A DNA stretch of 62,721 nt, the filler included, from Atractiella rhizophila (taxonomy: Eukaryota): NCBI GenBank assembly GCA_021432655.1. It is 3 parts of 3 records of this genome, joined end to end, with 100 filler letters (N's around TTAATTAATTAA, not from the genome) between each part and the next. Parts side by side here need not be neighbours in the genome. Positions count along the whole stretch, not along the records: positions 1 to 28,542 come from MU271732.1; 2 more parts are not named here. The stretch is one strand, 5' to 3'. Position numbers and translations under genes: made by a program. Positions 1-14,309 of this stretch are shown piece by piece (position 1 is the stretch's first letter; each line of letters opens with the position of its first letter). The notes below the pieces were generated by a model. The model was not told where the DNA came from, ran no database searches, and saw nothing but the letters and a program-made list of their open reading frames with translations.

Positions 1-537
1 TCCTAAGAGGAGGAGAGAGAAAGAAGCCTTCATCTGTCTATATGGCGAGGTGGTTGGAGTTCGTTGCTGATTTTGAGGAGTAGATATAGTAGTGAGTTCA
101 CTCCACTGATAAAGTCTCGCACAAGCCTCCCATCCGCTAGTTATCCCGCTTCGCGCTGCTCATTCAATTGGCCAGGAGAACGAAGGATGTTTCCTGTTGC
201 CCCTGATTCGCCCTACTATACAGCTTAGATATTGTACACGTACGCATCTGTTACAAGCACCATTGCCAGAAGGTTTTCTAAGCATTCCGAGGGGTTATGT
301 CGTGGAATGTGCGAAGTTACGACCGGGTAGTCTACTTCTTGAGCTTCGACGCAATTGCAATGGTTGGAGGAGGTGGAGTCTTCACCCCACACTACATGTG
401 CATCGTAATACTAGTGCCTCAGCATTCGGTCCTAAGGAGTGAATGAAATTTCTGAACTTTTCACCTGTCAGTGCCGCAGAACAACATCTTTAAAAGGGAT
501 TGCTTCAGCTCTCCTTTCGTTTCCACAAGCTTGCATC

Positions 538-1043
538 ATGTTGGCTCTCCATGTTGTTACCCTCCTCGCTTGCATCACATCCGCTATTGAAAGAGCTCAA
601 GGAGCAAGAGTGACGCGTCAATCCGAAATGGACTGCCCTAATTCTTTCCCCATCGAAGATGTCGCGAACGACCCAACTCCAATTAACGGATTCTGCGGTT
701 TCAGCAACTACATCCCTTATCCTGTAAATGCTGTCGGAGCAACATTTCGCACTCTCGTAAGCTCTTTCAATTTTGACCTCACATCTCATACTCATTCCTC
801 CTGTAGGATTCAGAAACCTGCGACGGGATCAACAATGTTACCAATATTCTGAGCATCGAGCTCCCCGCGGAATCTTTGGCTGAGCGGCATGTTATCAGCG
901 AACCAGGTCAAACGGCTACCCTCAGCGCAGCCTCGAGCAAGGTTGACAGGTCGAAAGTTTCACTGTTTGCAGGAGTGTTTGAAGGGGTGGACGTCTGTGG
1001 GAGGATAGATTTTTGGAAAGCACAAATATCCTTCCGGTTCTAG
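538..1043 (+). CDS. Small secreted cysteine-containing protein (~151 aa, 2 exons)
   Basis: Hydrophobic N-terminus MLALHVVTLLACITSA; GT-AG intron 757-806 joins in frame to an exon ending at TAG 1043. Confidence 0.6.
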
Positions 1044-4015
1044 GCAGGAGAAGAACACATTTTCATCTTATTATTGTGCAGTAGTGACAGAACTGAAGAA
1101 CCCATCGGGTAACAGTTTAACATCAGACAGCATGGCAATGCATCACATAGCTTGGGGCGATAGCAACGTTGAGCGTTGAGTTTTCACAACCAGCATTGCG
1201 AGTGAGATTGCAACTGTACGCAAACTTTAAGCACTACACACTCCCGCCGAGCTGGACACAATATTCTTTCTCTCGAAGCATCTTTCAACGTTTGGAGCCT
1301 CTTCGACTTTCAAACGCCACCATCTGCTTTGCTGAAGTCGTCATGTGTAATTTTGCACACAAACAAATCTATCTCCGATGGCAAGGAAAGCTTTGATTCA
1401 TCAAATCAAAGAGTATAAATCATCGTTGGTAATGACACCAAAACGTTAGAACTTGGAATTACACTACCCCCGTTAGACACAACCACTCACCTAATTTTGT
1501 TACTACATTGACATGACGACGCCTTCGTGTAACGATGGGCCAGGCGACAATGCTCAAATCTAATCATCATCTATCATCCTGAACTTTGTCAGCTTTGTTT
1601 GGTTAGAAGGCTGTGAGTGAGATGGATTAGCTTGAAGCTAGAAAGATGACAATTTGGATGACTGACTATTTAGATGACTACTTGAGCCTGGTGGGCTGCA
1701 GATGACTTTGGGTTATGGGACATGGTGGAACGCGACTAAAGGATATTCTGGTGCGTTTTCGCTTCGCAGGGTTATCTCGACGCGACGTTGCTTTGTCTGG
1801 CTACAAGTTACTAGTCGTCTTGCGAGCACACGCAATGTTCAATCAAATCGAACTCGAAAATAATTAGCTACAGTACGTCAAGGCCGATGGTGATGGGACA
1901 TAGTGCATAACTGTTGTTGGTTGCCAACTCAAGGTCATCGCGTCATCCCATACAAAAACAGTCATTCGAGTCCTGATTTGAGTCTATGCATTGTCCGGTG
2001 GTTGAGTGGTGGAACCCTCAAGGCGACTGGGGCACGGGAATAGCGAAAAAATAACGTACTGTATAATCTATCCTCTGTCGCTCAGAGGTCTAGTCGGTAG
2101 AGGTTTCACTTGCCACGAGTTGGTAGCAATTTGAAAGAACAAATGGAGGGCACGTGTTGGGTTCCACGTTAACTCGTCAATTATATTTGTGCCTGAATTA
2201 TTAATGAAAGTTTGACCTTTTATAAGCTCTTTTGCTTGGACAAAAATTGTAGCATAAGCTTACCCGAACCGACTTCACACTCAGGATTTCATGGCTGCGA
2301 CACCGCTATGCGCTGGTGGTACTATTACAAGCCCCTTCATAGTCTTTCTTAGTGCCCGTGCAATATGTGGGTCCCATAGAAGGTGGCGGTCAGGTTTTTG
2401 GCCCCGATAACGGACTCCATGAGCGCTTTTATGGCTACGACTCAGTCTTCTGGGACGCTAGCATCGTAATAGCAAATCTAGTTAAAAAGACCAGGTGTGC
2501 GGAAGGCTGAAAAGAGCAGCTTGCAAAGCCACGAATTCGAAGCGTTTCTGAACATATGAAGCCACCTTGGCGATAAGTTCTGCCTGTGGATTCTAATTCT
2601 ACATCATGGAAAGAGGTTGGGTACACGAGGGGAGAAGAGAGAACCATTTCATAGGCTACTTATTCTCCTTTTGATCTTCTTAACGATAACCACAAGAAGC
2701 GGGAAGTGGTCAAATGGCAAGATTGTTCTCATAAAAATAATCGTTAGACGAGTCCAGAATACATCGTGCAAAGATTGGTATGAAAAAATGACTAGTCAGC
2801 TCCTGCATCTCATTGCAGCTCCGGTGCAATCGCTGTCATTCGTTGAACATTTTCTTCAGCAGCCGAGGAAGGTTGATGACAATAAACCAGTTCTGGAATG
2901 AATGGTTGCAGTACCTTCTCTCTTTGCCACAAAGGACGCCGCTCTGAACCAGAGTTCTCTGCTCTCCTCACACTTGGGTCATCCACGGATCTAAGAAAAA
3001 CCCATCAAATTTCCATTTCTCATAATTTTGGCCATACTATCGTCACCAGGAGCTGTTCTCGGATGCACACTGTCGTTTCATGCTAACGTAATAATCTTGT
3101 CGTCTACGTGGCCCATCAACGAGCGTTCTTGTTCCAGAGCTCTGCGAATCCGTTTCGTTATTTTTGTCAGCTTGGCATTTATACTCTGACAACTTCGAGT
3201 TGCTGTCGTCAGCACCCTCCGCCTCGCATTTCTGTTAGCTTGGTTGTTCAACTTTCAACTACTGTAGCACCGTAAACGCCTACTGCGATCCTCGAATACA
3301 CTGGTGTCCTTCTGAGGCTCCCGATAGAGGCGTTCTCCCTCTGGCCTTCCGAGTCTAGTCCAAAAAGCTTTCGTCCTTCGTCTCTCCTCGTTCAGTCAGA
3401 TTCAGTCGTTGCAAGCTGCCGGTGTAGTTCCTTTGGCCACGAACCAAGTTGAACCCAAGGTGTTCTAAGCTCCTCTCCAGATTCGTCTTCTGCTTCTTCT
3501 CCACATTTTCGACGTTCTGACGTACAACGCTCCGTTGCAACAACACGCCTTGACCACGCCGAAATCCATCCTGATCCAACAGGAAGGACGAGGCTGGAGA
3601 AGGCTGAAATGAGTTCCAAATTGGAAGATCACGCCTTCCTATCCCCCAGGACCTTATGTACCTTCACGAACGAGTCTGTGGAGGTTTGGCTGGGGGAGTT
3701 GGAAGTCGAAAAACGAATGACAGGATTGCATTGAAGGCATTGAAGGGCTTACCTACTTCTTTGATTGCTCTTGGCAGCAGCAGCAATAGAAACAGTCCCA
3801 ACTTTGCGGAAAGAAAGTGCAGATCGGGAGATCTTGGGAGATCGACACAGATCTGACCGCTGATTTGGTTCCAGAAGTCAAGCTCAGTTCTCATTATTTT
3901 TTGACGCGTTCACTTGGTGTCCATCGTCCATCACACCCTCAATACGTCCCCCTTTAATACCCCTTTCTCCACAACATCATCCTCAGCGCTTACCACTGAC
4001 ACGAATGCAGCAGAG

Positions 4016-6510
4016 ATGGATTTCTTACCTCCTCTCCTCCTTCAGAACCCGTCAGCAAGGTCGCCGTTGGAGATCGATTACGTTCACACCTTGACTCTGA
4101 CCGCAACCCTCGCCGTGGCGCTTTGGGATTGGGGAAGCAACTTTGGCAGGGAGAGGAGGTGGATTTGGGATGGGAAAGGTGCTATGAGAGCTACCGTGTT
4201 GGGGAGTCGGTGAGTGATCTCTGTCTCGTTTTGCAGGACGAAAGAGAACGGAATGTGCTCTGAGCAATAGAGGAAAAGGGGAAAGCCTTGCTTTGGAAAT
4301 CTAGTGCTTTTCTCTATTCTACAGTGGGGCAGGGGAGCAGCCTGTATGTAGAAGAGGCTTGTGAGGAGCACCAGCCCTGTTCATCAGGGTTCTCCTTTTA
4401 CGTCATCCCTCCGGAGCAGTAAACCACTTCTTCCTACCTCCATTATAACGTCTATTGCTCGTTGCGTTGCCATAACAGTTGGAAACACTAGCATGCCGCC
4501 GCTAACATGAATTGACAGTTACACCTGCCTCGTCGTCATCTTTCTCTATACAATCTTCTTCGTGATCGCGCACCAGCCCTCGCCTACAGACTCTGCTCGT
4601 CTCTCATGTTCTCTTCTCCGCCTGTGGCCGTTCGGTTTCACTTTCCTTAGCATTGGGACGCACATTATCATGTCGTTGAGGATTCGTGCGCTATACGTGG
4701 ATCGAGGCAACAAATACGTCATTTTTTGTTTTGCTGCAGGTGCCTTAAGTGCAGTTATCGGTTGGTCATCTCTCACGGTTTGCTCAGGTTTGCTTGAAAT
4801 TGGCTCATCAGAGACATGTAGAACTAGTAGCTGATTTTTCTGTGCAACGTGAGTATTCACTGCCTTCCTCGAATCTGCACTCAGAAGGGAGGTTCAGCTT
4901 ATTTGATCGAAGTTCCCGGCAATAATTCTTCAACTTGCCTTCTCCTTCCTTCGTCCAAACTTTTCGCTCTCACATTCGTCGTTCCTTCCGTTTATCATCA
5001 CATTCTTCTCGGTTTGACAATTTGGAAGTGTTTTGAACGGTGGGAGGTTCGTCTCCCTCCTCTACTTCCCAACTCTATTGCTGAGCACGATCAATTCTAC
5101 AGGAAGTACGAGACTTCCCCGCCATTAGGAATGAAGTTATGGACAAAATCAAGAACAATCAAGTAGTTTACGTTCTCGTGAGTTGAATGTTCGACGTTTT
5201 ACGACCTGAGTCTGACGTGTGATGTAGACAATCTGTCTTATCAATCTCGTGAATGTCGTATTAGTCTTGCAGCCTGGACAGTTTCCATACAAGTTCGTTT
5301 CTCCTCAAGTCATTATACGCCTGTAACATCGATGACAGGATGGTGAACATGTTACCTTCCTTCGTCCTTACACAAATCTTCATCTCTCGCATCATCTTCT
5401 CTGTCAGGGCGTACTCAACGAAACATTCCGTCTCCAACTTTACCTCTACAGCAATCATTGATCCTCCACACACTGGCCCAACGGTGGAACAAAAGCGTCG
5501 TCCATCTGCAATACCCCTGTATCAAAATCCAGAGAGCCTTTCAATCTATGACGGCAACAGCCAACGGGACAGGAAGTGTTCGGATGCGTCTCTCCCAATA
5601 ACCAACGTGGGAGAATACCAAGTTCACCTTGGCTCGGCTAGACCGTCTGGATCTCCTCGAGATCCATCTTGGATCCGTACCCCGAATGCACCATTCGGTA
5701 CCCCTCCGGATAGTCCATCATTTTCAAACTACTCAATCACCTCTCCCAATCCGGGATTCCCTGATAAAAACGTATCCACACCTTCTTCTTCTCGCTTACC
5801 CTACTCCTTCCCTCCGAGGAAAGACAGTGGACCGGACACCCTCGTAGGCAGCCCTCCAGGAAGTAGACGTCCAAGTTCCAAAGAATTTGAGAGGAAGGTG
5901 AATGGAAGCGATCCAGGTACTAGTGGCAGGAAAGGAAGTTGGCATGGGAGGCCCAATGAGGTCAGCCTTGCATTTTCAGACCAGGCGGAGTCGAACCGCT
6001 CCCTACCTGCGCTTCAGTTTGAGCGATCGGCTTCTCTGGACGATGTGGTCGCCGAAGAACAGGAACGAGAGACGGATTCCCCTATTCTTCCTTCCCATCC
6101 TTACGCTTCCCATCCTGCGCACTCAAAAACTATTGCAATAGATCCTCAAACCCACAGGCCTCAGTCTTCTCCTCAACTGCACATCTCTCCCAGAACTCCT
6201 GTCGCTTCTCTTCCCTTTCAGAAGGATATTCAAAGATGGAGGCCACGCACGGCTCCTGAATCCGACGTGGAGGATGATGGGCTAGATTGGGTCCCTCCTC
6301 ACACCTGGGAAACATCGAACGTTGCCCCGGATGGAAGCGTGAGGAACTCGTCAGGTTCTCAGTCAGGACATTCGCAGTCGACTACCCAAGCTCCTCCGCC
6401 TCAAAAAGGAAAAATCTCCAGGCCGTCGTCTCCTCTCTCTGGTATAGGAAATCGCGTCAGAGGTTTGTTTGGACCCCAATCGAACGCTTCTCCCAACCAG
6501 TCGCCGACGG
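4016..6510 (+). CDS. Multi-pass membrane protein (DUF6533-like) with long S/P-rich C-terminal tail; runs into N gap
   Basis: LAVALWDW..NF.RE.RWIW and LRIRALY motifs, several hydrophobic exons, final exon ORF 5340 to the gap. Confidence 0.65.
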
Positions 6511-6811
6511 NNNNNNNNNNNNNNNNNNNNNNNNNNNNNNNNNNNNNNNNNNNNNNNNNNNNNNNNNNNNNNNNNNNNNNNNNNNNNNNNNNNNNNNNNN
6601 NNNNNNNNNNNNNNNNNNNNNNNNNNNNNNNNNNNNNNNNNNNNNNNNNNNNNNNNNNNNNNNNNNNNNNNNNNNNNNNNNNNNNNNNNNNNNNNNNNNN
6701 NNNNNNNNNNNNNNNNNNNNNNNNNNNNNNNNNNNNNNNNNNNNNNNNNNNNNNNNNNNNNNNNNNNNNNNNNNNNNNNNNNNNNNNNNNNNNNNNNNNN
6801 NGTTTTGTGAA
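6511..6811. other. Assembly gap (N run)
   Basis: Run of N. Confidence 1.
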
Positions 6812-6845
6812 TGGATCCCAGAAAACCTGCCCCAAGAAAGGTTAA

Positions 6846-9010
6846 TCATCTGCTTTCCATATCTACATCCCGACAGTATAAGCCTTGCAATAATTGAGAT
6901 TGATTCCCCCCTTTGGTTCCCAATCCTGCCTTTCTATTAACTAGCGGACTTCTAGCATGCTCGAATCTAGTCCTCTTGACCGGTAAATCAGCCACTTCCG
7001 CACTGACACCTGCTCGCTTTCTCTTCCGCAGGATTCTCTCCCCTTGTTCGTCCTCGAGAACGTCATAATAACTCATGACATTCTTCTCCGGTTCGCTCAT
7101 GCGTCCCAAAGCTCCCTCAAGAATTGCACCCTCCAGACAGTTCTCTCCTTCCCCTTTGGCCCTGGCATTCCCTCCTTCGCTGTCTCCTGAGCCGACCCTG
7201 GGGGCGGCGTTCAAGAGAACTATTAGTGCTAGTGGTGAAAGCCGTGGTGCGGCTAAGGAGAGACTACTGCGTCTTCGCGATGGAACTGAGTTTCTCGTGT
7301 GCAGGAAGGAAGGACGTCTATTCTCGAAATTTCACAAGAAACCGTGGGGGGGAAGTGGAACCAGATGTCCCTGTCCTCCTTGCTGAATCGGCCTGATCGA
7401 ATGAAAAGCCTCTAAAGACATCTCTGCCTTGCGAATCAGTCGAGCCTTCTGGGGGGAAGCCCAAGTCAGGTTCAGGGTCAGGTTCTTCGTCGTCGAGCTG
7501 AAAGTTACTTGTGTCCAAAGCATCCCGATTTGTCGATATTCGGAACCCAAGGAGGCGTATATCGTTTTTGGGAGACCCTAGGCAAGGTGAGCTAAGCTGG
7601 TTTAGGTTTGAGATGAAACACGCACTCTACCCATCTCACGCATGAAAAATATGCATGTTGCCGAATACCATTTTCTGAGTATCGACGTGTAGGGGATTTC
7701 TTTAATAATCCATTAATAAGATCTTGCGCGACCATATTCACAACTTTGCCCTCCGGGAACACTACTTTGGCAGAAACGATGAGAGTATGCACCAGGGTCG
7801 TATCAGTTGAACCATGGGGTTCGAAAGGTCTCTGTATGTAAAAGAGTGATGCGACACAGTTTCCAAAAGCAATGAAATGACAAAAAAAAAACGTACGCTC
7901 CCTACCAACAATTCAAAAAAGGACAATTCCAAAGCTCCACCATCTACTCCATAACTATACTCCCTGCGTAATATGATCTCGGGGGCAGTGTAGAATGGAG
8001 TACCAACCAAGGAATTGGTCCTTTGATTCGACGAATCGCGATTGAGCAGTTTACTGAGACCGAAATCGGTGATGACGATGTGGCCACTGGCGTCGATGAG
8101 GATGTTCTCCGGTTTGATGTCTCTGCAATGACTTCAGACAATGGAACCTCAGTAGTAAGTAAGTCATACCGATGGACGACTCCTGCCTTGTGCAAGTGCG
8201 AAATGCCATCAACGAGCTCTGAGGCATAAAAACGCGCCAAAGCCTTGGATAAGCGCCTTCTCCGTCGTAGCAATTCTCCAAGGTCGCCCCCAGCATAGAA
8301 GTCGAGGACAAGATAGAGACGCTCCAAGTCCTGGGAACATTGTTTGAATGCACCTATGGAGAAAGACAGCTTGCTTGGAATGCCCACTGAAGCTTTGCGA
8401 TGAAAGGTTTGTCGACCATGAGTTCAAGGATTCTTTTCTCATCCATGGTGCAGCGAAGCTCGCCAAACTGCAGGACGCGACGTTTCCTCAACACTTTCAT
8501 CGCGTACGCCTTTCCGCTACCGATGTGCTTTACAAGAGATACCTGACAAATCCATTCATCATTCACTCCCTTCTTCAATCAAGCGAGGGAAAACACGTAC
8601 AACTCCACTGTAACCCTTACCCACCAACTCTATCTCCTCGAAATCGTCCTACAAACCTTTCTGTTTCCCACTTCCCGGTCACCTTTGTCGCTCAGATATG
8701 AGACTGCTTTGTTCCCTTCCTCAATAGGTGCAGCTCGCTGCTTTCTGTCCTCACGTGAACCTCTAACTACAACGACTTGTTCTTCCATTTCTGGGTATGT
8801 TTGAACCAAACCGCGGTATTTATTAAAATATTTGTGGTATTTTGAGACCTTGTGTTTGCGATATTGTAGAGGAGGAGCACGAGGTGGTCGTATTTGACGA
8901 GAAGGAACAAGGGAATGTGACGGGCGGTAGGAGCAACTCAGCACAAACTGGAACTCCTTCCATGTTCTAATGAGGTAGAGACATAACTGGAGGATAGTTG
9001 CGATTGCCAA
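6846..9010 (-). pseudogene. AGC-family Ser/Thr kinase, frameshifted
   Basis: GKGYSG, YAMKVL, HRDIKPEN, DFGLSK, GTPFYTAPE and the FRGFSF hydrophobic motif; compensating frameshifts in the DWWSFGIVL region (~7915-7943) and another near 7533. Start uncertain. Confidence 0.75.
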
Positions 9011-9810
9011 CCAATTTAGACAGATATATGGGCGAAATTACGGCAGCATTTGAAGGCAACTGTCTTCAATGAATTAATCATTGTTGCAGCTGCTCTTCCG
9101 ATTGTCGTCGTGCGTTAGAGAAACTACAAGGCGCCGCATATTCAACAATAAACCCAAATTGTAACATTTTCGTTTCAAATCGGCATATGATGAGAGAATA
9201 ATTAGAGAAGCCTTTTCTTTAGATGAAGAAAGACCCTGTCTCACCGATCGTATTCAGGCGAGAATGGCTTATCATAACATCACGCAGAACAAGATTCCCT
9301 AGACCACTCTCGATTCCACCGCTCTAACTGCAGGTTACATCATGTTCTCAATGCACTTCCTTGCACTATGGAGTTTCAAAGCGCAACGCAAGCTGAATGA
9401 AGTGATTTTCAGGTAGATACAACGCGTTAGATAACTCGTCCCACGGTGGTTCACCTCAAGCATAATTCTTACATTTACATAAACAAGCACAGTGGGTTGT
9501 CTTTGATATCCTTGAAAGAGCCCCAGGGCGACTGGTGAGTTATAAGCGTGAGAGGTCGAGGCACAACTGACCTAGCGCCGTCGCTTCCGTTTTTTGCCAT
9601 CATGCTTCTATATAGCGGCGGTCCACAATGACCATAGAAACCCCATGATGCTCTAAGCAGAACCAACCCACGTACGACGTTCTTTCACATTTCACCTACA
9701 TCACCCAGTATCTCTTGATACCATCTGTTCGACCGCATATATATCTGCAACAGCGCACTGCGACCTTAGAGTGCATATAGATAAATCGAGTTTAATGCAA
9801 GGATTACACC

Positions 9811-10516
9811 AGTTGTACGTGCTGCGTCCGGAACGTTCGCTCACAACACCACTGCTGGCGCTTCGCGTCCATGGAGTCGTCTCCCTCTACGCTACCTACT
9901 GGGCTAGGTAAGCAGAGTCCCCAGGTCGACCTGGTCATAGCTGACGGTCAGCTTAGGAAATGCAGTTTCGATCAGGAGCTCGACGGCGAGCATTCTGACA
10001 AACCGCGTTTCCTTTTGCGTAAGTCGTTTTTGTTGAAAGTGCTGGGTGCACTGTTAACAAGACGTGGGGCCCTTGCGCAGCTACAAAAGGAGGTCACGAT
10101 CGGATCCCTCCTTCCGTCCAGCTGCTCGCAACCACCAACGTCGTCGTTGAAGTCGAACAGCACTTTTCCTGTTAGGTATGTTAGCTGCTCGCAACCACCA
10201 ACGTCGTCGTTGAAGCTAACAGCACTTTTTTACTGCCCTGCCCTCCTCTCCCATAGTTTCTCTCTGTTTGTCTTCTTGTTTACTTTCGGATCTTGTATTA
10301 CTATGCCTTGGGTCTCGGTTCGCTCGTCTTACTTTTACGGATATGCTGCTACTTGCCTTTTCACTCATGTATAAAATTCTATCGTTCTCCTCAGAGGAGT
10401 ACTTCATCTTATCTGGTTGCTTGTATGTACAGCCTATCGTCGTCCGCTACATCGAACGTGCAACTACCGTAGTCTAAACCTATCCTCATCCTCGTCCACA
10501 GCTAGCACGTCCAACA
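9811..10516. mobile_element. Possible solo LTR upstream of the P450
   Basis: Imperfect inverted termini (GTTGTACGTGCT ... AGCACGTCCAACA), internal ~33-bp direct repeat (10120/10183), TATA-like 10369; no clear TSD. Confidence 0.3.
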
Positions 10517-10774
10517 GTCAGAAGACACAGGTAGTCACGTGGTACAGTAAGATGGAGTTGTGAGTCACAAAACAATATCCGACGTACCCGTACGGCGTCT
10601 GGGCGGCCTCTCAACTTCTATCCCGTCTCCCGCGTCACTCACCCTGGCGTATAAGAGTGCTCTTCCCGACTGATGCTCCCCCTTTGCCATCTCAGATATT
10701 CCATCAAATATTCTCAATCTGGAGGTTCCTTTGCTATATCCAGGTAAATATTGCTAGATACATCAAAGATACAG

Positions 10775-13093
10775 GCACACAACAATCCGATCCACCTCGT
10801 ACTCCTCACACCACCACTTATCCTCCTCTGGGTTCTCTTCCACACTTTTGTCTACTCGCGCTGGCTCAGCGTATATAAAAACCTGCCAGGACCTAACTTT
10901 CCGCGAAAAGTGCGTTATTTGCCTTTCCGCCATGTTCGAACATTCGAGGAGGGCTGATGTCATGCTATGCTCGTTTAGGGAGAGGACTGGGAGACGGACT
11001 GGCATCCCCTCTTCGGACAGTTCGGTACCATTCTTCGAGCCGAGGCCGGAGTGAAACAAGCGGAATGGGCAAAGAAATACGGGGGAGAGAAAGGGGTTGT
11101 TCGAGTCGTTGGTCCTTTTGGTGTATGTTCTTTGCCTTCCCACTTTGAATCTATGTGTGCGGAGAATCTGATTGCGTGTTTAGTTCGAACGTTTGATGTT
11201 TACACGGCCGCAAGCTTATCAGCAGATTTGGATCGACAAAGCATCTTCTTTTGTCAGACCTGACTTTATGACTGGCGTTTTGAGGTCTGTGGTGGGAGAT
11301 GGGCTGTTGACAAAAGAAGGAGAGGAGCATAGGCGGTTTAGGAGGGTGTTGGGCCCTGGTCAGTCTTTTGTCCCACGAGCATTTGCCGCTTTCTGAGAGT
11401 AGCCCAAACAGCTTTCGCGCCTGCTCATCTCGCTGATCGTAAGCTGCGCCTGCTATCCCGGAATGATGGGAGAACTTACAATCTGACAGTGGTACCCGAA
11501 TTCTATCCCATCCTGAACAACGCGTCCAACATATTGAACGAAAAGCTAAAGGAGTCAGGAGAAGCCATCATCGACATGTACGACATAATGTCACGTACGA
11601 CAGTGAGTCTTTTCCATTCGCTTTCTCCCTTCCTGATCATTGCAAAAAATAGTTAGACATAATCTGTTGGACCTCATTCGGCTACAAGTGCGATTCGCTC
11701 CTAACGCACTCCAACGAACTCGCGTCCGCATACGAGCAGCTCATCTCACTCCAAAGCGGATCGAACCTCTCCATCCTCATCCTCGTCAACTTCATCCCTC
11801 TCGCACCTCGCCTCATTCCCTACATTGGAAAGCTCGGCGCCTACCTCCGTCCCTCTTCCAAAGACGCTGATCCACATTACATGGCTCCTGGACTCAAGGG
11901 CAGACTCGACCAGAGGCTGAGAGTCATTGGAATGTTTTCGGATGCCATGACGAGGATCAAGAAGGTTTCTGCTGAGATTATGGACCAAAAGAGGAGGGAG
12001 GTGAAGCAGGATGCTCGTACGTGGTCTCCATTCTTTCTGCGAGTGATATCAATATGAAGCTGACAATGCGACCTGTGCTAACAGAAGGAGGTTCAGAAGG
12101 ATGGAGAAAGGATATTATGTCCTTACTCGTCAAGTCGAACGTTGGACAAGGTATAGGAGCACGAGGAGGAGGACTGACAGAGGACGAGATGATGGATCAG
12201 ATTCTTATGACTCTCGGAGCGGGACACGAGACGACAGCTTCTGGGTGCGCTCTCGCCCTTCATCCCCCTCGCTCTCGAATGAGCTAATCGTACTTGACCC
12301 GGAACAGCATGACTTGGACCCTCCTGCTCCTAGCACAGAATCCACGCGTACAGTCTAAGCTCCGTAACGAGCTCGCAGGGATGTTGGAACGCAATATGGA
12401 GCCGGATATGAAGGAGCTGAACGAGTTACAGTATCTCGATGCCGTTGTTCGGTTCGTCCTCTCCTTCTTCCCTTCCATCAAATCGGAACCCAACTGATGG
12501 ATTCGGTGGACACAGTGAGAGCTTGAGGGTTCGACCACCCGTACCAATGACTTTCCGGAAAGCACTAGAAGACGTTGTGATAGATGGCACTTATGTTAAG
12601 GCTGGAACAGTCTGCTACATGGGCATTCGGGTCATTAGTAAGGCTTTTCACTTTCAATTGAACAATGATTGACACAGGCCGGGAAAGATAACTCGCCTGA
12701 GATATGGGGAGAGGACGCTGCAGAGTGGGTTTCCTTCCTTTTACCATGGGGCGAAATATGAACGATTTACAGGTTCAAGCCTGAGCGATGGCTCAACTTG
12801 CCACCGGACCACCCAGCACAAGCATTCCAATCTTTTATCCACGGTCCACATCAATGCATAGGGAACAAGATGGCGCTCATAGAGCTGAAAGCCATGGTTC
12901 TGCATTTGGTGGGCAAGTACGAATACGAGCTGGTGTCTCCGGATCAGTACGCCCCACCTTTCTCCTTTCGGAGTCTCTGACCTGAGATACTTTCAGGGTT
13001 ATCACCCCTACATCGGCAGTGACAATGAAGCCGAAAGAGGGACTTCATTTACGAGTGAGGAAGACAAAGTTAGCAGCAAACCTGGTGTCATAG
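10775..13093 (+). CDS. Cytochrome P450 (multi-exon; true start uncertain)
   Basis: N-terminal TM anchor plus LPGP, I-helix GAGHETT, ESLR (ExxR), PERW, heme motif FIHGPHQCIG; stop at 13093. Confidence 0.92.
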
Positions 13094-13515
13094 TGTAGGA
13101 CTATTTTGTATTGTTTCTTCTTCTATTCGAGCACGGTGGATTAGTGTATATGAGTTCCTTGTAGACTGGGCAGCAATAATCTTTAACATTTACAGAGAAT
13201 AAATGCATCTCCCAACTTGAACGAGCTGGGTTCTCAAACAGAGTTCTCGAAGATAACAATTCCACGACACTGTACAATGACACCTGCACTCTATCGCCTG
13301 GATGGAAGGTCGTGTGGACAAGAAAGGTCAATTGCTTCTAGTGTTCAGAGTTGCAGCTACTAGAACGGGTTAGGCTCAACCAATTCAGGAATTGTTGTCA
13401 CTTTCACTTTCTTCTTCGTGTCGATGAGTTGCCTCAAGGGAGGCAATCACGGAGGCTGAATCGCCGAACAATCAAGTGCAGAGCCAAAGAGAACCTATGT
13501 TCTCACACATGTAAC

Positions 13516-14309
13516 ATGTCCATCACCATTGCGAATCTACTCGACAACGCGATACTTCCTGCCGGTACTCAACTCGTGGATGTAACCGACCCAACCAGCT
13601 CTACGAGTCCCGAAAATTTCAGGTCAACCTATGCCAAGCATAGACCCTATCACCTCCGCTATCAACCAAACTTCCTTGAGAACATTTGCCTGGCAACTGA
13701 CACAACCCTGGGTTCTAAGCAGGCTTCAGAGCAGCTACCATCTGAAATCCAGTTTCTTCTCCGCCTCATTGTCGATAGTCCTGTCGGAGACGAGACCATC
13801 GCTAATACAAATGTTTTCGCCCTCTGGTTCGCTGCTGTAAAGCTAGCGCACAAAGATGCAACGTCGCTGGGCCTAGAATATGAACGAGATCCTACCAGCC
13901 TCAGTGCCCGAAGTGACGGCCAGTTCACTGTCAACAAGAGAACAAAAGTCCAAGTCGAGCTCAAAGGCACGAACATCTACACCACCTTGGGGTGAGGAAA
14001 TTGTCGCAATGGGGAAGGGCGAAAATGGGATGGGGACTGAGTTGTACTCTGAAGGCGACGGAAGGGAAGAAGGAGCACGATCCACCATCACCAAAGTACG
14101 TGCACTTCATCCTTCTGTTACTTTCTCATTATCCCCAAGCTCGGGAAAAGGATGTCAACAAACGACGCACCTTTCGGCCTACTCTTCAGTGGAAAATCCT
14201 TCATCTTTTTCCAACGAGTCACGGCGCATATCGACCAGAATAGCAAATAGTGAGCAGATCAGAATCGATAACGTAAGTCATCGAGTTACCAGCGTTGGAA
14301 TGCTGTTTA
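13516..14309 (+). pseudogene. N-terminal PD-(D/E)XK (REase-like) part of a disrupted nuclease-kinase gene
   Basis: RSDG..VQVELKG followed by KLGKRM....PFGLLFSGKSFIFFQR; frameshift ~13990; interrupted by a MITE at 14310. Confidence 0.5.

Noticed and set aside
2435..3900. Minus-strand ORF fragments
   Set aside because: No recognisable domain or consistent splice model.
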